Below, one piece after another: positions 38,688 through 48,215 of a DNA stretch of 64,000 nucleotides. How positions within the stretch are numbered: the stretch's first letter is position 1; each line of letters starts with the position of its first letter. The notes under the pieces are model-generated. The model did not search any database, was not told the origin of the DNA, and saw only the letters and a program-made list of their open reading frames with translations. The stretch is from an uncultured virus (IMG/VR IMGVR_UViG_3300009503_000028) (lineage: Duplodnaviria > Heunggongvirae > Uroviricota > Caudoviricetes): IMG/VR virus record IMGVR_UViG_3300009503_000028; one strand, 5' to 3'. The position numbers were made by a program, and so were the translations under genes.

Positions 38688-38947
38688 CTTGAAAGAGGAG
38701 ACATTAAATGAAGACTTTGAAAGAAGTTGATCCTGTATTGAGATACTATGCTACTATTGCAATTATAAGATGGCTACATTCAGAAAAAGGAAAGGTGAAA
38801 ACTTGAGTAATTCTGTATCTGAAGTCTATTTAATGGACTGTGAGGACTGCTACTATTGGGACATTATCAACAAAAGATGTATCAATCCAGTAAAAATTTG
38901 TTATAAATTTCTAAGGTATAGAATAACTTCTAATAGAAGGTGAAAAT

Positions 38948-39536
38948 ATGGTTGAAGATAAAATCTTGAGTTTGAAAGAAAAAGCAAAAACTCTGGTACA
39001 GATTGAAGATGACTGGGACAAATCAACAGACAAAGAGAAGTTTCTTAAACAAAAGTGGATTAGGCCTGAGGATGCAGAGCAAGAGCTAAAACAGAAACTG
39101 TTGAAATTTTTAGGTGAAATAGAAGATCACTGCCATCAATATTCTAGTGACTATAAAATCTTTGAAGGAAAGAAAAAGTGGAAAGGATACTGCCACAAAG
39201 ATTTAGAAGAGAAAATAGAGAGATTCAAGAAGGAAATGAAACTATAGGAAATTCATAGGATTGAAATACTTATATATTATTTCAATAATGTGAAAAGAGG
39301 TAGAGTTTATGGCAGTAGATTATCTTGGTCTAATAGCAAGAGGTTGGGAAGACATAGACACTGAAGTATGCAAATGTTCTATCTGTGGGAAGAAAGGAGT
39401 ATGCAAGATATTCCAGAAAGATAGAAAGAAACTATCTATCTGTGAAGATTGCTTTATAGAAGACACTGACAGGCACTTCTCTCTAGAAGATAAACATTTA
39501 AATAACCCTACTGGAATTCCAAATAGCTTGAAATGA
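38948..39536 (+). CDS. Two small hypothetical proteins (38948-39247; 39309-39536 zinc finger)
   Basis: AGGTGA and GAGGT SD sites; CSIC...ICEDC in the second. Confidence 0.55.
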
Positions 39537-39555
39537 AAAGGAGGTGGAAAGAACA

Positions 39556-39768
39556 ATGGATAGTGCTAGTAAAGCAACTCTCTTCGGGATTGGAACTACT
39601 ATTGTGACAGCAGGTCTGAAGATAGTAGATTCTTCTTCAGATATACTGATGAAAGCTCTAGGGATAGTCCTAGTAGCAATTGGCTCTGGAGTTTCTATCT
39701 TCTCAATAGAGAAAATGGTAGAACAAGGAGTAGCTAGTGGAATAAAGAAAGCAGCTGAAGGAGGTTGA
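39556..39768 (+). CDS. Small two-TM membrane protein (holin-like size)
   Basis: GGAGGTGG SD; two Gly/Ala-rich TM segments. Confidence 0.55.
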   Translation: MDSASKATLFGIGTTIVTAGLKIVDSSSDILMKALGIVLVAIGSGVSIFSIEKMVEQGVASGIKKAAEGG

Positions 39769-39968
39769 AAATATGTTGGAAGAACCTGAAGAGGAGATCG
39801 AGCCAGAGAATAATAACGATGAGGACTGGGAAGTTCAAACTAGGATTCTAGTTTGATCCTAAAAGAAGAAGATGAATGGTAGACTCTGGCTATTTCTCTC
39901 CTTTTTTTTTCTCTTTTTTGAAGTAATATTTATTAAGAAGCCCTTCTATCTCTCTTTAAGGGATAGAA

Positions 39969-40118
39969 ATGTTGGACTTAGTTCAACAGTTTATACAAGC
40001 ATTGACAAACTTTGCTATCAGTGGCTTTGAACTTGGATTGGTAATTGGAGTAGGCTATGCAGTAGTTAGAGGCATTGCAGCTATCATAGATACTGTTAAA
40101 GAGAAGTTTGTCAAGTGA
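39969..40118 (+). CDS. Small membrane protein (49 aa), not in the ORF track
   Basis: MLDLVQQFIQALTNFAISGFELGLVIGVGYAVVRGIAAII...; TATA-like aatatttatta near 39925 and T-tract downstream. Confidence 0.6.
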   Translation: MLDLVQQFIQALTNFAISGFELGLVIGVGYAVVRGIAAIIDTVKEKFVK

Positions 40119-40167
40119 ACCTAGATAGCCTCTAGACATATAAGTTCCTTTCTTTTTTTCTATTTAA

Positions 40168-40266
40168 AACAAGGAGGAGGATTCTGCTTTAGTGCATCAA
40201 GATGAGGAGTTAGGGAGTCTAGAAATCCTAGACGAGAGTGAAAACCTCTCCTCCTCTGTCCTTGTT
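40168..40266 (+). ncRNA. Putative structured RNA with tRNA-like 3' half
   Basis: GGAGGAG/CTCCTCT 7-bp stem; GAGAG-tgaaaac-CTCTC 5-bp stem with 7-nt loop; GTCTAG/CTAGAC arm; AACAAGG/CCTTGTT outer stem. Confidence 0.45.
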
Positions 40267-40320
40267 GAGAAAATATTTAAATAATAGTATCTTATAAAAA
40301 AGAAAAAGAGGTTTAAAAAA

Positions 40321-40888
40321 ATGGAAACAAGGGGAAAAATTATTATCATTCTGATGGTGCTAGGGATTCTAATACCTATTGCAACTTATGTAACAATTTT
40401 CTTACCAGCAAATGCTCAATACAACAAAAAAGTTTGCTTCTAAAGTAGTCATGGCTTACGACCAAGCTACATTTGAAGGGATGAAAGAACAAGTCTTGGA
40501 TCTATGGAAAGAAATGAACAATACTTTTTCTGGATTCAACTATTCAGAAACTTATAATACTCCCTGGTACTGGGAACAGACTTATGACAATTCTTTAGCT
40601 GCTCAACAGGATTATTTTAGACAGCTAGTCAATCGTTTGGATAGTTACATAGAATTGTACCAGAAGATGACATCAAATGCTACTAATCCAGTGTACCTTG
40701 AAGACTGGTACCACAATAGTATCCAGAACTTTAGAGTAGAAATGCAAAGAGAAGGAGGACTTGCCTGGGCTATAGAAGGAGCTTGGTATTTGAACTTTGC
40801 ACCTCTAGCTTACTGGTGGCTCTACTACATTGGCACATTCTGGGCAATAGTCTTTGTTCTAATTATATTCTTGATAGTCACATACTAG
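40321..40888 (+). pseudogene. Membrane protein (N- and C-terminal TM) split by one extra A in an A6 run
   Basis: ATG 40321 after GAGGT SD gives METRGKIIIILMVLG...; removing one A at 40426-40431 joins it to ORF 40412-40888. Confidence 0.65.
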
Positions 40889-40952
40889 CAAATTCTATTC
40901 TCTTTTTTCTGTAAGTAATATTTATGAAGTTGTTTCCTGTAGTTAAAGAAAC

Positions 40953-41054
40953 GGAGACGAAATGAAAGAGGAGGCGTGCATCTCCCTACGCCTGTCTCCT
41001 ACCTAGACTGGATATGGTCTTCGGATTTTGTCACAGTCTAGGTAATATCCTCTT
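40953..41054 (+). ncRNA. Putative structured, possibly pseudoknotted, ncRNA
   Basis: GC-rich island with GGAGAC/GTCTCC, AGGCGT/ACGCCT, TACCTAGACTG/CAGTCTAGGTA and AAGAGGA/TCCTCTT pairings; TATA-like aatatttatg about 25 nt upstream. Confidence 0.55.
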
Positions 41055-41104
41055 GACCAAAACATTTATAACATTTTTATTTCTAAGCTTATATTCGACC
41101 AGAA

Positions 41105-41449
41105 ATGATAAATCTCCAGATCATGATGTTTCCAACTCTTGAAGATCTGATCCTTAGTTCTAACGAAGATGTCCATTCTATCTATAAGAGTATTTTCTCA
41201 AATGGTCAGTATGGATATTACTACTATACTGCTGAGAAACCGGTCTATATCCTGAAGATTGTCCTAACAGACAAAGACTACAAGGGATGGATAGTCTTTG
41301 GTAAAGAGTCTAACAGTGTCTTACCAATAGAGAAATATGTTTTTGGAGCAAAGTGGATAGCTCAAGTAAGCTACGACTCTTTCCTCAATGAGTTCCTTGA
41401 GAAGTTCAGACAGAAACAGGAAAAAACACCTAATGTTCTTTCCCAATAA
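41105..41449 (+). CDS. Hypothetical protein, probably leaderless
   Basis: ORF shortly after TATA-like catttataa. Confidence 0.6.
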   Translation: MINLQIMMFPTLEDLILSSNEDVHSIYKSIFSNGQYGYYYYTAEKPVYILKIVLTDKDYKGWIVFGKESNSVLPIEKYVFGAKWIAQVSYDSFLNEFLEKFRQKQEKTPNVLSQ

Positions 41450-41494
41450 ATTTATTAGATACTTACTTTTTCTCTCTAATGTTGGTGGTATAAT

Positions 41495-42376
41495 ATGAAA
41501 CTAGCATTAGTTGAACCAACATACCTGTCTGCTGAAATCCCAAATAACAAATGGATGCAGGAACTTCCTCCAGAGCAGAGAAAGATAAATCTCGAAGTAG
41601 CATACAAACAATGGTTCAATTTATATTCTATTCTAACTCAAGGTAGTACTGTATACCTAATTCCTCCTAAGAAAGGGCTCCAAGATGAAGTTTATTGTGA
41701 AAATGTGGGGATCGTTCTGCCTCATTTACAAATAGACAAAGGTAGGAATGTTGCTGTATTAAGTAAGTTCAAAGCTGAAGGAAGACCTGGAGAAGAATTA
41801 GAATTCAAGAAATTAGCTGAAAACTTAGGATATGAAGTATACCAGTGTCCATACTATTGGGAAGGTGAAGCGGAAATGAAATGGATAACTGATAATGTCT
41901 ATGTTGGAGGATATGGAATTAGAACTTCCAAAAGAGCACATACTTGGTTTGCTGAAAACTTTGACATGAAAGTTATTCCAGTAGAAACTGATGAGTGGCT
42001 ATATCATTTGGACTGTCTAGTCTTTCCTATTAGCAATGACTATTGTATCATATGTGAAGATATCCCTAAAGATACTAAAGAAGAGATATCAAAATACACT
42101 AAGACTATTGAAGTAGACTATGATACTTGTCTTGAAGGAATAACCAATAGCTTCAGAATGAATAGTTTAGTTTTAAATGCTGATATTTCAAAACCATTAA
42201 AGCAGAATACTCAAGCTCTCAAGCAGATTAAGAGTGAACAGGAGAAACTGAATGAGATATGCAGTAACTTAGGTCTGACACCAGTCTATTTGGACCTTAC
42301 AGAATATTCCAAGTCAGGTGCACTTCTCTCCTGTATGATTCTCCATTTGACATGGGAAACAAGCTATCTGGGATGA
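41495..42376 (+). CDS. Amidinotransferase / arginine deiminase (pentein) family protein
   Basis: LQDEVY, R.GE, WEGEAE, YHLDC and the C-terminal catalytic Cys in SGALLSCM. Confidence 0.85.
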   Translation: MKLALVEPTYLSAEIPNNKWMQELPPEQRKINLEVAYKQWFNLYSILTQGSTVYLIPPKKGLQDEVYCENVGIVLPHLQIDKGRNVAVLSKFKAEGRPGEELEFKKLAENLGYEVYQCPYYWEGEAEMKWITDNVYVGGYGIRTSKRAHTWFAENFDMKVIPVETDEWLYHLDCLVFPISNDYCIICEDIPKDTKEEISKYTKTIEVDYDTCLEGITNSFRMNSLVLNADISKPLKQNTQALKQIKSEQEKLNEICSNLGLTPVYLDLTEYSKSGALLSCMILHLTWETSYLG

Positions 42377-43092
42377 AAGATATGTTGAAACTTAAAGACT
42401 GGCTGTCATCAGATGAGGTTCAACATATTAGGAATCTGTCATGGAAAGATATTCTAGAGAAAGAGTTCAACAGAAACCCAATTAGACCTATATTTTATTC
42501 TCCAAACCTACTATATTCACCAAACGATGGTATAGTTCTACATTCCAAGATTGTTAAACCGAAAGATGAATATCTCAACATAAAAGGTAGAAAGCTAACA
42601 GTCCAGGATCTCCTCCAAGACCCAAACTATTCAGAAGATAGTCTAGCAATTGGTGTATTCCTTACAGTCTATGACATGCACTATTCCAAAATGCCAACAG
42701 ATGGTCTAATCAAATGCAAATGGTTGGAGATGGAAGGGATATCTTCTGGGATGTACTCTCTGGAGAGACTAATTGTACAACAGGGAAAGATAGATGAAAA
42801 CTTAGAAGATTATCTTTTCTCTAATGAGAGATGGATATTTGAAATCCAGAACATTAGGAACGGATTGAAATACTATATAGTCCAGGTTGCTGACCCAGAT
42901 GTTAATATCATTCTTCCATACATCAAAGACAAATGGAACTATAAGATGCAGGGAGAAACTTTCAGTTTCGTGACATATGGAAGCCATGCTGAAGTAATTG
43001 TTCCAATAAAGTATAAGCCAAAGCTTCTAGTTCCTCAGGATGATTTCTATCATGTTTCAACTTCAGATTCTATAGTACAGTTTGGAGCATGA
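42373..43092 (+). CDS. Phosphatidylserine decarboxylase-like (pyruvoyl-dependent) decarboxylase
   Basis: YSPNDG, IKG, GVFLTVYDMH..MPTDG, NER and YGSH self-cleavage motif. Confidence 0.8.
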   Translation: MKDMLKLKDWLSSDEVQHIRNLSWKDILEKEFNRNPIRPIFYSPNLLYSPNDGIVLHSKIVKPKDEYLNIKGRKLTVQDLLQDPNYSEDSLAIGVFLTVYDMHYSKMPTDGLIKCKWLEMEGISSGMYSLERLIVQQGKIDENLEDYLFSNERWIFEIQNIRNGLKYYIVQVADPDVNIILPYIKDKWNYKMQGETFSFVTYGSHAEVIVPIKYKPKLLVPQDDFYHVSTSDSIVQFGA

Positions 43093-43096
43093 TAAA

Positions 43097-43538
43097 ATGC
43101 AGGTTGAACCAAAAGTCTACAAAGTTGAAAGTCTAACTATACCAATTAATTTCACTCTGATTAGACTACTTCCAAATGACCTTAGAGAACTTGCAAGAGT
43201 AAAGAATCTTCCTATTTTCAAGTATAGAGGAAATTATTATATAGTTGATGGCAATGTAGTATTTACTGCTGGAGAATAGAATGTTAGGAGAAAAAGAAGA
43301 AAACAAACCTAAGATGATTGCTAGACTAATACTTAGACACAGAGTTGTTGATGAGATGGAGATTTCAAGTATACCTGCTAAGATAAACATACCATCTATT
43401 GGATACATTGAAGATCCTACCAATTTCAATTTCAAGGTCTACAATTTGGTATTTGTATTGAGAAATGTTAGATCTGAAAATGACAAACAGATAGTTGAAT
43501 ATGAATTTGCAGGTGTAGAAGAGGTTGGAGGTTCTTAA
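43097..43538 (+). CDS. Two small hypothetical proteins (43097-43279; 43281-43538)
   Basis: Coupled ORFs in the same operon. Confidence 0.5.
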
Positions 43539-44188
43539 TGATAAGTCTTTCATACTGTGTTGCTGCACCAATAAAACAACATACAAAAGAGCTAGATACA
43601 TGGATAGAGCATCTTAAGAACTTCAAACCTTCTCCTGATGAAATTATTCTTTCAAGTGAAAATGATTTTCCTTCCAGAGAAGACGTTACATTTTTGAAAG
43701 TTGAGAATCTTTACATTCCGAAAGAATTTATAGGTAAAGAAGGAGAAAGACATTATCGTATTGGTTTGGCAAGGGAGACTATTAGAAGGTATATTTCAGA
43801 TAACACAAAACATGCTTTTACATTTTGGTTGGATTCTGATGTCTATTGTATGAACGAATATACTCCACTAATATTTGCTGGTTTGGTAAATTTAATTCCT
43901 TGTTCTGTCTTAGTTAATGAAATAACTTCTATATCTGGCTATCCTCCAATATCTTTGGGTTGTATATTTATGTCTAGGAACATTCTTCAATTAAGTTGTT
44001 TCATGCCATATGGGCATTTCTCAGAAGATAGTTTGTTCTATGTTACACTTAACAACTTGTTAGCTTTGGGGTATGATTTCAAAATAGTTTATGGAAAAGT
44101 AGTTCCAGTAAAGCATATAAGAGAAGGAAAAGAAATGGAGTTACCTCCTCCAGATTTGGATTTGAAAGTTATTCAGAGGCAAAAATGA
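43538..44188 (+). CDS. GT-A fold glycosyltransferase-like protein
   Basis: ARETIR, FWLDSDV (DxD), LGCIFM, SEDSLF. Confidence 0.7.
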   Translation: MISLSYCVAAPIKQHTKELDTWIEHLKNFKPSPDEIILSSENDFPSREDVTFLKVENLYIPKEFIGKEGERHYRIGLARETIRRYISDNTKHAFTFWLDSDVYCMNEYTPLIFAGLVNLIPCSVLVNEITSISGYPPISLGCIFMSRNILQLSCFMPYGHFSEDSLFYVTLNNLLALGYDFKIVYGKVVPVKHIREGKEMELPPPDLDLKVIQRQK

Positions 44189-44862
44189 TGAGAGAAGCAA
44201 TAGTTTTAGCTGGTGGAATGTCTAAGAGACTTAAGCCATTTACTGATATTCCTAAACCTCTACTCAAACTAAACAACAAGTACCTTTTAGATACCCAGAT
44301 AGACTGGTTAAAATCTAAAGGCTTTGGTCATGTTATTCTGGCAACAGATCTTGAGACATTCTCACATTGGGAAACAAAAGAAGACTATTTGCCACTAGTT
44401 AAAGTTAGTCTAGAAACAGACCATCTTGGGACTTCTGGAGCATTGAGACAAGCAGCAGAATATGTAGATTCCGATCTAGTCTATGTTATGAATGTTGATG
44501 ATATTCTTTTAGACTTAGATCCTTCAGAACTTTACCTTTCACTTCACAAATCTGGAATAGTTGTCTTACACCAACCAAAGATAGAATTTGGTGTAGTTAG
44601 AATAAGAGACAATACTATACTAAGATTCCAGGAGAAACCATATCTCAAGTTCTGGGTGTCATGTGGACACTATCTATTCCAGAAAGATATCCTTAAGACT
44701 TTTCCTGAATCTGGGAACTTTGAAGAACTGGTCCTTCCAAAACTTTCAAAAGATAGGAAACTCCAAGGGTTCAAATACAAAGGAAGATGGTTTACTATAA
44801 ATTCATTGAAGGACATAGAAAAGTATCTCTCAGAAATAGAAAGATTTATTAAATCCAAATAG
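44185..44862 (+). CDS. Sugar-phosphate nucleotidyltransferase (NTP_transferase family)
   Basis: AIVLAGGMSKRLKP..IPKPLL, LGTSGAL, FQEKP. Confidence 0.9.
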   Translation: MMREAIVLAGGMSKRLKPFTDIPKPLLKLNNKYLLDTQIDWLKSKGFGHVILATDLETFSHWETKEDYLPLVKVSLETDHLGTSGALRQAAEYVDSDLVYVMNVDDILLDLDPSELYLSLHKSGIVVLHQPKIEFGVVRIRDNTILRFQEKPYLKFWVSCGHYLFQKDILKTFPESGNFEELVLPKLSKDRKLQGFKYKGRWFTINSLKDIEKYLSEIERFIKSK

Positions 44863-44901
44863 GATAGGAATAAACACCTTTAAAATAAGGAGAGAAAAAG
44901 A

Positions 44902-45849
44902 ATGAACCTGTATGAAGATTTGAAAGCATCAGAACCCGTCAAACTAGTTTCACATAGTGATGCTGATGGAATATACTCTGCAGCTATTGTTGCTTCACTC
45001 TTCAAAATACAAAGTATAGATTTTCCAGAGTTCCACAAATACCAGAACTGTAATGTAGCTTTGGACCTTGGGCTACCAGAAGTAGAGTGGGATGGAATAT
45101 TAGTTGACCACCATCCTGTTACACCAGAATACAAAGTCCCAAAGAAATACTATTCAGGAAATGTCCCAACTGGAGTTATTCTCTACAATCTGTTCAAAGA
45201 CAAAATACCAAAAGATAAGACATGGTATGTAATTGGAAGTGCAGTTGGAGATGGGCAACCTGAAGTAGTTCCTAAAGAAATATGGAAACAGTATCCTATC
45301 CTTCTTGAAGAAAGAGGAGTAATATACAAATGGAAAGGAGAGAGTAGAACCAGTGAAGTTCCAATGTTCTACTATTTGAGTTCAGGATGTAATGCATTCT
45401 GTAGACTAGGTGTTCCCCAAAGAGCATTTGAAATACTAATGGAGACAAAAGATCCATTAGAATTCATAGAGAACCCAGATGTTCAGTACTACATTTCAAG
45501 AGCTAGGGATGAAGAAGAAACAATCTACAAGTCCAGGTTTATAGTTGAAACATATGGTAGAATAGTCTATGTTAGAATAACAACAAGCCAGGAGAACTAC
45601 AAGTTTGCAAGTCTAATAGCTTCCAAGCTCCAAAGTGGGAACAACTTCAATACATATGTTGTTCTTAATGAAAAGAATGGTGAACTCTCAATAAGAGGTT
45701 TCCTTTCTGACCTAATACTTGAGTATCTTAACTCAAAAGGTTTCAAATGTGGTGGACACAGTGGTTTTTCTGGAGGAAAGGTAGATACTAAAGACTTAAA
45801 TAGATTTACTAGCACAGTTAGAGGAATGAAGTATGAAATATTCCATTGA
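44902..45849 (+). CDS. DHH/DHHA1 phosphoesterase (RecJ/GAN-like nuclease)
   Basis: HSDADG, LDLG, LVDHH, GGHSGFSG. Confidence 0.85.
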   Translation: MNLYEDLKASEPVKLVSHSDADGIYSAAIVASLFKIQSIDFPEFHKYQNCNVALDLGLPEVEWDGILVDHHPVTPEYKVPKKYYSGNVPTGVILYNLFKDKIPKDKTWYVIGSAVGDGQPEVVPKEIWKQYPILLEERGVIYKWKGESRTSEVPMFYYLSSGCNAFCRLGVPQRAFEILMETKDPLEFIENPDVQYYISRARDEEETIYKSRFIVETYGRIVYVRITTSQENYKFASLIASKLQSGNNFNTYVVLNEKNGELSIRGFLSDLILEYLNSKGFKCGGHSGFSGGKVDTKDLNRFTSTVRGMKYEIFH

Positions 45850-46033
45850 AAGAAAACAACCTAACCTCTGGAAGATCTACAATGAAGAGGAAGGAGAAAC
45901 ATATGTTGTATTCAATGGAAAAGAACTTGTATGTGAATGTAAGTTCTATAGAACTAAACACTTCTGTAAACATATTAGAAGTGTAGTATATTCCCTTATC
46001 ACAGGTACAAATATAATGGAGGAAGCAGAATGA
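45833..46033 (+). CDS. SWIM zinc finger protein
   Basis: CECKFY...CKHI. Confidence 0.75.
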   Translation: MKYSIERKQPNLWKIYNEEEGETYVVFNGKELVCECKFYRTKHFCKHIRSVVYSLITGTNIMEEAE

Positions 46034-47043
46034 GTGAAAAAGAAGACACAAGCCCAGAGATAGAGGAACTTCAACAGGTACAGCATGTTGGACCAAAGAT
46101 GGCAGAGAAGCTAGTTGAAGCTGGAATAACTAAAGTAGCTGATCTAGCAGTTAAGAGACCAGAAGAACTCAAAGCACTTTTGAACATAAGCCTCAAACAA
46201 GCTAAAGAAATGATCAACAATGCATTGGAAATATCATGGGACATCATAGCTAAACCAAAATGTCTTTCTGAATATTCAGAATGGGTCAAGAACAATGTCA
46301 AGAGAATACCAAGTGGTTGTACTAAGCTAGATAGTGCATTGGGAGAAGGAGTGCCAACTACTGCCATATCTACATTTGCTGGAGAATATGGAGCAGGGAA
46401 GACAGAATTCTGTCTCCAGATAGCAGTCAATGCTAAGAAGAAACTTAACAGAGGAACTTTCTGGATAGAAACGGAACCAGGAACATTCAGTCCAAAAAGA
46501 CTTGAAGAAGTCTCAAGAGCAGAGAAAGTTTCCTTTGAGAATGATGAATTCTACATTATACCTGCTAGAGAGATTGGAGATTCTCCACACTTCCTATATC
46601 TGACATACTTGAAGGCTGAAAAGATCTTCGAGGAAAGTATGAAAGATGGTGTATGCAAGTATGGTGTTCTAGTTGTTGACAGTTTTACATCCAAGTTCAG
46701 AGGATACTATACTGGAAGAGAACTGTTCCCAGATAGAGCAAGAGAAGAGAATAGGCACCTAGCAAAACTCAACCAGATAGCAGCAAAATACAATGTTGCA
46801 GTTCTTCTGACTGCTCAGATATTGGAGATACCAGTATTGGAAGGACAGTATGCCCAACAAGCAAAGACAGACCATGTCAAGAAGATGTGGGGAGGAACAG
46901 TTCTGGAACATGGCTCAACATACCTATTCTACCTTAGGAAGCAGTCCAAGAAAGACTGGAGTATAACAGTAGTTGATGCACCTGATGTCCCATTCGAGAC
47001 ATTCCAGTTCAGAATAAGTGAAGTTGGAATTAGAGATGTATAG
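46030..47043 (+). CDS. radA: RadA/Rad51-family recombinase
   Basis: N-terminal HhH (VGPKMAEKLVEAG), GEYGAGKT, VVDS..FRGYYTGRE...R, WGGTVLEH. Confidence 0.92.
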   Translation: MSEKEDTSPEIEELQQVQHVGPKMAEKLVEAGITKVADLAVKRPEELKALLNISLKQAKEMINNALEISWDIIAKPKCLSEYSEWVKNNVKRIPSGCTKLDSALGEGVPTTAISTFAGEYGAGKTEFCLQIAVNAKKKLNRGTFWIETEPGTFSPKRLEEVSRAEKVSFENDEFYIIPAREIGDSPHFLYLTYLKAEKIFEESMKDGVCKYGVLVVDSFTSKFRGYYTGRELFPDRAREENRHLAKLNQIAAKYNVAVLLTAQILEIPVLEGQYAQQAKTDHVKKMWGGTVLEHGSTYLFYLRKQSKKDWSITVVDAPDVPFETFQFRISEVGIRDV

Positions 47044-47053
47044 AGGTGAGAAA

Positions 47054-47245
47054 ATGGAAGAGAAGAATAGAGTCCCTGAAAAGTGTCCTCTAATAGACAA
47101 GTGTATGGAACTTGTCTTCAAAGAAGAGTATGAAGACATGTGCTTAACTTCTCTATGGGCATACTGTGAAGCAGCTAAAGATGAAGTTTTGAAATATAAG
47201 AAAAGACCAATAGATTGGAAAAATAAAGGAGGGAAAGAAGAATGA
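47054..47245 (+). CDS. Small Cys-containing protein
   Basis: AGGTGA SD; CPLIDKC. Confidence 0.5.
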   Translation: MEEKNRVPEKCPLIDKCMELVFKEEYEDMCLTSLWAYCEAAKDEVLKYKKRPIDWKNKGGKEE

Positions 47246-48186
47246 ATTACCAGAAAAAGTTGGAAGAACTTTCAAAGAATGTCGGTTTCACACTTGAAGA
47301 AGTGACTAAAGAATACAACAAGAACATCGAAGTCTACAAAGATGAGGACAAAGCATGGAAATATACTAAGATGTACTTTGCAAGGATGAAACCAAGAGGA
47401 AACATGAAGTGGTACGAAGCTTTTGTCCTTTCAGTTAGGGAACCATTTGATGCTATAGACTTGAGAAAGAAACAGATCCTGAAACAGTGGCAGAATGCTC
47501 AAAACAACAAGGAAGAACTCATGAAACTTGTTCAGAGTAGAATAGTTGAACCTGATGGCACTATACTTGATTGGAGACCTACTATATTCAACAAGCCAAA
47601 TCCAAACTTCAAAGTCAAACCAATATCTGGCTCAGAGTGGAGAAGGCACATCTATGCTCTAGTTTCAGAAGATAACTTCAAGACTGTAACATTTTCTAGA
47701 CTAAGTTTCCAGGGAGACATAGCCAAAGAGAAGTGTCCATACCAGTTCTTCAAGACATACAAACTTCTAGCTTCTAGAGTTGACAAGAGTAAAATCAAGA
47801 ATCCAGTTCCATTTGAAATGTTCAGACTAGGGAAGACTTCTTTGAATGCTATAGAGATAAACACTAGAGTCGGGTTGAAAGACTTTACTGGAGGGTTCAT
47901 ACCAGTTAATCCTCCAGAAAGAAGAGACTACTGTTGGGTATATGGAGACATTGATAGTATCAGAAACACAAATGGATTTTCAAGCTTTGTAGACCTAGTC
48001 CTAGAGGAACCATCTGAAGCAGTAGGGAGAAGTGTAACACTTGCAATACCAAACTACTATCCTATAGCTTTCCAGGAAGGAGAGAGGATCCTAGCATTTG
48101 GGAGAATGACAGAATACAGAAATGCTATCATGCAGAACACAGAATGCTATCTACCACTTGACAATCCAGATATCATGAACTTGTAG
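47242..48186 (+). CDS. Hypothetical replication protein, possibly an OB-fold ssDNA-binding protein
   Basis: Between radA and polB; beta-rich C-terminus (VYGDIDSIR, GERILAFGR). Confidence 0.4.
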   Translation: MNYQKKLEELSKNVGFTLEEVTKEYNKNIEVYKDEDKAWKYTKMYFARMKPRGNMKWYEAFVLSVREPFDAIDLRKKQILKQWQNAQNNKEELMKLVQSRIVEPDGTILDWRPTIFNKPNPNFKVKPISGSEWRRHIYALVSEDNFKTVTFSRLSFQGDIAKEKCPYQFFKTYKLLASRVDKSKIKNPVPFEMFRLGKTSLNAIEINTRVGLKDFTGGFIPVNPPERRDYCWVYGDIDSIRNTNGFSSFVDLVLEEPSEAVGRSVTLAIPNYYPIAFQEGERILAFGRMTEYRNAIMQNTECYLPLDNPDIMNL

Positions 48187-48215
48187 TCCAAAAGAATGAG
48201 CACAAGGGTGAAAAA

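Noticed and set aside
40173..40258. Canonical tRNA gene
   Set aside because: No TTC in the T loop, no standard D-loop GG and no clean anticodon arm; kept only as tRNA-like
40953..41000. Hammerhead ribozyme suggested by GACGAAA
   Set aside because: No CUGANGA core found in a compatible position on either strand
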